A DNA stretch of 64,000 bases from Opitutia bacterium. GTDB taxonomy: Bacteria > Verrucomicrobiota > Verrucomicrobiia > Opitutales > T3Sed10-336. The position numbers and the translations under genes are program-made. Each line of letters begins with the position of its first letter. The stretch's first letter is position 1. Below are positions 59,304 to 64,000 of this stretch, piece after piece. The notes under the pieces are model-generated. The model worked only from the letters and a program-made list of their open reading frames with translations, searched no databases and had not been told where the DNA came from. The DNA lies in the NCBI GenBank assembly GCA_050506795.1, contig JBJHCF010000026.1:1-64000 (forward strand). The letters are read 5' to 3'.

Positions 59304-60092
59304 TTAGAGGGGAATCTTGTTGCCCAGTTCGGCATGGACAACCTCTTTTCGCGGCAGATGCTGCTTTATAAATGCTTCCTGACGCCGGATGAGTTCGGCG
59401 ATTCCGATTTCGGCTAGAGCCAGGAGACGCCCCAGTTCCTCCTGGGAGAACGTGGCTTCCTCTCCGGAACCCTGCACTTCGACGTATTGGCCGCCGCCGG
59501 TTCGGACAACGTTGAAATCGACGGTGGCATCTTTGTCCTCCAGGTAATTCAGATCGAGGACGGGAGTGTTCTGGTAGACCCCCACGCTGACTGCGGCGAC
59601 CGAATCGCGGAAGGGGTTCTCCTTCAACCGTCCTTCCGCCACGAATTGTCCCACCGCCAGGCGCGCGGCGAGGTAAGCTCCGGTAATAGCGGCGGTTCGG
59701 GTGCCGCCATCGGCCTGCAAGACGTCGCAGTCGATCCAAAGGGTGTGGTCGGGCAATTTTTGCAGGTCGATCACCGCTCGCAGCGAGCGACCGATAAGCC
59801 GCTGAATCTCAATGCCGCGGCCGTCCGGGCGCCCGCGGGTACTGTCGCGCTGTTTACGGTCCAGCGTGCTGTAGGGCAGCATGGAATACTCCGCGGTCAG
59901 CCATCCGCCGGTTACGCCCTGTTGCCGCATCCAGTTCGGAACCTTTCGTTCGAGCGAAGCGGCGCAGATCACCCGGGTGTCGCCGAAACAAGCGAGAACG
60001 GAACCCTGCGCGTTCGGTGCAATGTTTGGCTGGAAGATCAGCGTTCGCAGTTGATCGACTTTGCGTCCGTCCGGACGGGCGAATTCAGTCAT
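59304..60092 (-). CDS. rph: Ribonuclease PH
   Basis: RPDGR, GWLTAEYSMLP, EIQRLIGRSLR, DCDVLQADGGTRTA. Confidence 0.96.
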   Translation of the reverse strand: MTEFARPDGRKVDQLRTLIFQPNIAPNAQGSVLACFGDTRVICAASLERKVPNWMRQQGVTGGWLTAEYSMLPYSTLDRKQRDSTRGRPDGRGIEIQRLIGRSLRAVIDLQKLPDHTLWIDCDVLQADGGTRTAAITGAYLAARLAVGQFVAEGRLKENPFRDSVAAVSVGVYQNTPVLDLNYLEDKDATVDFNVVRTGGGQYVEVQGSGEEATFSQEELGRLLALAEIGIAELIRRQEAFIKQHLPRKEVVHAELGNKIPL

Positions 60093-60152
60093 CCGTCCGG
60101 GTTTAGGACAGCAGGTGGACTGAGGCAAATGATTTTTGGAAAAAGAAAGCGA

Positions 60153-60884
60153 TCAACCGAAGCGTTGATGCATTTCGCGCAGCGGGAAGTGGCGTCCGGG
60201 ACAGAGCGTGGTTTCGAGCTCCTTGTGCGCCAGCAGTCGGCAGGAGCCGCCGAGCTTGGTTTCCTTGAGATAATGGACAAGCTCCGTAAACGAAGCCATC
60301 TGGTTGGCCGTCGGGCGCCCGGTTTCGAAGTTCCCCACCAGACAAATTCCGATGGAGTTGGCATTGTAGGCCAGGCTGCGAACGTGGCCGCCCTGGATCT
60401 GACGGGTCCAGCGGGTTCCCACCTCGATTTCGCCGTCACGCGAATTGGTGCCGTTGCCGATGATGAAGTGATACCCCAGACCGTTGGGCATGTTCCGATG
60501 GTCGCGGTGAAAGCGGTGGAAAATCTCGGCGTTGCCGTTTCCGGTCGCACTGTGGTGAACAATGATGTGCCGCCAGCGGCCGGCGCTAAAACCGGCGACA
60601 TCGATCTGCGGCCGCACCGGAGTCAGGAAGGAACCGCCGCGTCCGGGAATGTTGAGCCTCTGATTGATCCGAATCAGATCTCCGGTCAGACCGTTGGCCT
60701 GTTTGAGGGAGGCCACGGTCACGCCGTAGCGTCGAGCGATGTGGGAAAGGGTTTCTCCGGAACGAACGACATGGATGGCGGAACCGTCCTTCGGCAACGC
60801 GTAAGCCAGCGAACCGACGCCGCTCAGAGCGCATGCTCCGGCCGCGGCGAGCGAAAGTTTTTTTATGAAGTGCCTACGTTCCAT
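60153..60884 (-). CDS. Tat-exported LysM + N-acetylmuramoyl-L-alanine amidase (Amidase_2)
   Basis: MERRHFIK twin-arginine signal; LysM HVVRSGETLSHIARRYGV; IIVHHSA, GYHFIIG, SIGICLVGNF, AHKE..TLCPG. Confidence 0.9.
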   Translation of the reverse strand: MERRHFIKKLSLAAAGACALSGVGSLAYALPKDGSAIHVVRSGETLSHIARRYGVTVASLKQANGLTGDLIRINQRLNIPGRGGSFLTPVRPQIDVAGFSAGRWRHIIVHHSATGNGNAEIFHRFHRDHRNMPNGLGYHFIIGNGTNSRDGEIEVGTRWTRQIQGGHVRSLAYNANSIGICLVGNFETGRPTANQMASFTELVHYLKETKLGGSCRLLAHKELETTLCPGRHFPLREMHQRFG

Positions 60885-60943
60885 CCAAACACGGGTCGGT
60901 GAAAAAAGCGATTGTTCAACTCTTTCTGACAAAATGTCAATCC

Positions 60944-61312
60944 CTAACCTGCCCGCAGCAGTATTGTCCGGATTCCGCCACACCCCGGAAGCGCCCGCAG
61001 GCGTTGCAGTACTTCCTTGCGGTGGAAGAAGAGCTCCTGGCGCACGATCGGATTGGATACGCCGATGATGGCACGCCGGCGCTCATCAATCCGCATCAAC
61101 CGGCTGTATTCTGCATTGGCGTTGCCCACCAGTTGAGCCCAGTTTTCCTGGATCGCTTCTTCCGGGGTACGGCCGTCGAGACGATAACTCCGAGTCAGAT
61201 CGGCCATCAGGTCTTCGGAGGAACGGGGCTCTCTGAGAATCGAGCGGGTGCGGTCTTCCGGCAATCCCCGCAATGCGGCGATCAGATTTTCCACATCGCG
61301 GCTGAATTTCAT
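60944..61312 (-). CDS. dciA: DciA/DUF721 family protein
   Basis: IQENWAQLVG...IGVSNPIVRQELFF pattern and typical size. Confidence 0.7.
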   Translation of the reverse strand: MKFSRDVENLIAALRGLPEDRTRSILREPRSSEDLMADLTRSYRLDGRTPEEAIQENWAQLVGNANAEYSRLMRIDERRRAIIGVSNPIVRQELFFHRKEVLQRLRALPGCGGIRTILLRAG

Positions 61313-61397
61313 CGGCAATCAGCTTGGGCGCAAAGCGCACCGGCTGCAATGGGAAATGTGAGTGAGAGCCGGCAGCTCCGAACAGGGATGGGCCGGA

Positions 61398-62504
61398 TTA
61401 CGCGCTTCGGGCTCCGTGGAAGAGAATATTCTTCATCGCACGCCAGCAGTAGGCGAGATCGGTCCGGAGGGGGGCCTTTTCGCGCGCCTGCAGGTAGCGC
61501 CGCTCAGACGCCACGACTTCCTCGAGGGATTTCGGCATGTCGGCGTAATAGGGCGGAATCAGACCCGGCTTGTGGCGTTCGCGCAGTTCCTGGACGTCGG
61601 TGGGATACAAGCTGAGAAAGTGGGCGCTCAGCGGGCGGACTCCGATAAGCTTGAGGTCGCCTCGCAGCCAATTCCACAACATTGGAATCTCATCGATCCA
61701 AAATCGGCGGCACCAGCGGCCCCAGGCGGTGATGCGGAAATCGTCTTTGAACTTGCCATTGGAGTTGAGCGAATTGGCCCGGTACACGTACTCCTGGAGG
61801 TATTCCGAATATGGATGCATGGTGCGTAGTTTCAGTACCTGGATCTCCTTGCCCCGGTAACCCTTGCGCCGCAGGCGGCAAATCGGTCCGTAGGTGGGGT
61901 GGGGATCATAGGACGGCGCACGTGTTTTGCGGGCGGCCAAATAAATGAGGCCGTCCTTCTCCTGCCGGTCCGCGACTTCGAATCCACAACACATCAAGCG
62001 TCCCAGAAGCTCGGTTTCGCTAAGTGTCCGGTATCGGCCCAGAGGCGTTTTGAAGTACAGACGTTTGATACCGGGAAGCTTCGGAAGCACCCGGTTGATA
62101 ATAAAATCGAGGGCGATGACACTTTGCCCAAGGAAAGAGGGTAATCCGCTGAAGAGACGCCGCTTCCGCTGATGATTCGCCTCACAGCAGATCATGAGGA
62201 GCCCTCCGTCTGCCAGCGCGCGGTTGGCGGCTTCCAAAAACTTGTTCACCCGGCGAGCGCGGTTGATCTGAGCGGGGCAAATGATGTGTTGCAGGCCCGA
62301 ACGGCGATCGTCTTGCCGTTCGATTTCGGTCGGAATGGGGAGCGGGACGAGGCGCGTACCCGTCCCGGTTTTGACCAGGAGAGGATGGAAAATCGTCTGA
62401 AAGGCCGCGGGGGAGGGGTTTGGCCGCCGATGAGAAATCGATCCGGCAACCCTGGGCTGGAAATCCGCCAGGTCTGGAACGTGATCCAATAGGTGACTGT
62501 TCAT
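61398..62504 (-). CDS. Bacterial sugar transferase (priming phosphoglycosyl transferase) with atypical N-terminus
   Basis: KLRTMH, KDDFRIT, RRFWIDEIP, GDLKLIGVRP, KPGL. Confidence 0.85.
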   Translation of the reverse strand: MNSHLLDHVPDLADFQPRVAGSISHRRPNPSPAAFQTIFHPLLVKTGTGTRLVPLPIPTEIERQDDRRSGLQHIICPAQINRARRVNKFLEAANRALADGGLLMICCEANHQRKRRLFSGLPSFLGQSVIALDFIINRVLPKLPGIKRLYFKTPLGRYRTLSETELLGRLMCCGFEVADRQEKDGLIYLAARKTRAPSYDPHPTYGPICRLRRKGYRGKEIQVLKLRTMHPYSEYLQEYVYRANSLNSNGKFKDDFRITAWGRWCRRFWIDEIPMLWNWLRGDLKLIGVRPLSAHFLSLYPTDVQELRERHKPGLIPPYYADMPKSLEEVVASERRYLQAREKAPLRTDLAYCWRAMKNILFHGARSA

Positions 62505-63047
62505 TTTTGGGAGACGATTGAATGGCGGGAAACAGCGGCGTGATAGAACTTTTCGCGCCCTGAAAACGATTAATCCTGCAGGCTGTAGGATACCGCTAGC
62601 ACTGTGGGGTGGATATAGGACAAACCCTGATCGGGGGGAGGTGATCTCCCTGAATATTGGCCTAAACAGTAGGGGTTAGGCCTGATGGTGAAATCAAGTC
62701 AGCCAGTGCGGGGCTGAGGCGTTGGTTCCCGATTTCGCACTCGTTAACAGCTGGTAAATCTTTCGGACCTCCTCCATGGGAAGCAGGGCTCGCCGCCGAT
62801 CGGCTCCATGGATGAACTCGAATCGAAACTATTTGGGAAACCTTATTGCATGCTATTGATAAATAGGACTATATGTAACTTGCTCTTCAATTGATTTCGA
62901 GCCCCCGATCCATTGCCGGAATTGTGTTTTACCCTGCGTTTTACTCCGGCAACGTCATTGATCTTGGCTTGATCTTTTCCGTAATCGCGCAATTGTGAAG
63001 CGACTTTTCGTAGAACGAATTGCGGCCGATCGGCCGCGTGCAACATT

Positions 63048-64000
63048 ATGATGGAACCCAAAGTCGCGGTAGTGGGGTGTGGGTACTGGGGGAAAAACCT
63101 GGTGCGTAATTTCAAGCAAATTGGTGCGTTGGCGTTGGTTTGCGATCCGACCGTTGCCGGTCGCAAGCTGGCCGCCGAGATTGCTCCGGGAATCGCGGTT
63201 GAAGATGAAATCGGGGCCGCGCTGGATCGTGATGACATCGCCGCGGTGGTGGTGGCGACTCCGGCGGAAACCCACCGGGAACTGGTGTTGCGCGCCCTGG
63301 AGGCGGGCAAAGATGTTCTGGTGGAAAAGCCGCTGGCCCTGAATTACCTCGAAGGCCAGGAAATGCAGGCGGCGGCCGAATCCAAAGGCCGCATTTTGAT
63401 GGTGGGACATCTCCTCGAATACCATGCGGCGGTACTGCGGTTGCGTGAACTGCTGAATCAGAATGTGTTGGGCCGGGTAAATTACATTTACTCAAACCGC
63501 CTCAATTTCGGGAAGGTCCGGGTGGAGGAAAACTCTCTCTGGAGTTTTGCCCCGCACGACATCGCGGTGATTCTCCGCCTGGTCGGAGAGCTTCCCATCG
63601 AAGTGACCTGCTGCGGAGGAAACTACGTTTCCCCGAATGTGGAGGACGTCACCGTATCCTGTCTGCACTTTCGCACCGGGCTCAGGGCCCATATTTTCGT
63701 CAGTTGGCTCAATCCCTTCAAGGAACAGAAACTCGTGGTGGTCGGAAACGACAAGATGGCCGTGTTCAACGACGTCGAGCCGGACGAAAAGCTGGTGCTG
63801 TTCAATCAGCAGGTGAAACTCGAAGCCGGAAAACCGGTGCTCTACAACGGAGATCGCACGGTGGTTGAGTTGGAAAAAGGCGAGCCGTTGCGCCGGGAGT
63901 GTGAACACTTCCTCGAATGTGTTCGCGAGCGACGGACGCCTTTGACCGATGCCTCCGCCGGCGTGCGGGTTCTGAAGGTCCTGCAGGCCTGTCAGACTTC
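63048..64000 (+). CDS. Gfo/Idh/MocA oxidoreductase (WlbA/WbpB-like nucleotide-sugar dehydrogenase), runs off the window
   Basis: Translated by hand: MMEPKVAVVGCGYWGKNLVRNF...ATPAETH...VLVEKP...MVGH...WSFAPHD; absent from the ORF track because no stop lies in the window. Confidence 0.88.
   Translation, partial: MMEPKVAVVGCGYWGKNLVRNFKQIGALALVCDPTVAGRKLAAEIAPGIAVEDEIGAALDRDDIAAVVVATPAETHRELVLRALEAGKDVLVEKPLALNYLEGQEMQAAAESKGRILMVGHLLEYHAAVLRLRELLNQNVLGRVNYIYSNRLNFGKVRVEENSLWSFAPHDIAVILRLVGELPIEVTCCGGNYVSPNVEDVTVSCLHFRTGLRAHIFVSWLNPFKEQKLVVVGNDKMAVFNDVEPDEKLVLFNQQVKLEAGKPVLYNGDRTVVELEKGEPLRRECEHFLECVRERRTPLTDASAGVRVLKVLQACQT

Overview
High-GC bacterial chromosomal window, most consistent with Verrucomicrobiota (Opitutales/Puniceicoccaceae-like). 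This rests on two PEP-CTERM proteins, an H-X9-DG prepilin-like protein beside a divergent LacI regulator, and large secreted proteins. The left ~30 kb is mostly accessory or surface-related: a 1409-aa repeat/LamG protein, the pilin-like protein, LacI, a PEP-CTERM protein, a thioredoxin fusion, an orphan GspE ATPase, a GH29 fucosidase, an IspH with a NUDIX/IDI-like N-terminal domain, an Mre11/Rad50-like pair, DUF2200, tRNA-Arg, a His-rich PEP-CTERM protein, a DUF4914-like P-loop protein, a ~2220-aa CotH protein and a tRNA-CAU. The right ~34 kb is mainly housekeeping: glgA, cysH, lutABC, an M16 protease, ptsI, a degenerate adk, a desaturase, pabBC, kdsB, hemH, an MlaEFD-PqiC transporter, cysK, sucCD, rph, an amidase, dciA and the start of a polysaccharide locus. 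The most interesting observations are (i) a shared ~130-aa C-terminal domain on two unrelated giant secreted proteins, a candidate sorting signal, one of which sits in a LacI/pilin/PEP-CTERM/GspE/GH29 locus; (ii) the apparent pseudo-IDI-IspH fusion; (iii) nested domain insertions in both giant proteins; (iv) a candidate sRNA/attenuator upstream of the DUF4914-like gene; and (v) a degenerate adenylate kinase. No CRISPR array, rRNA, integrase or transposase was seen. All family calls are from motif recognition by eye; no searches were run.
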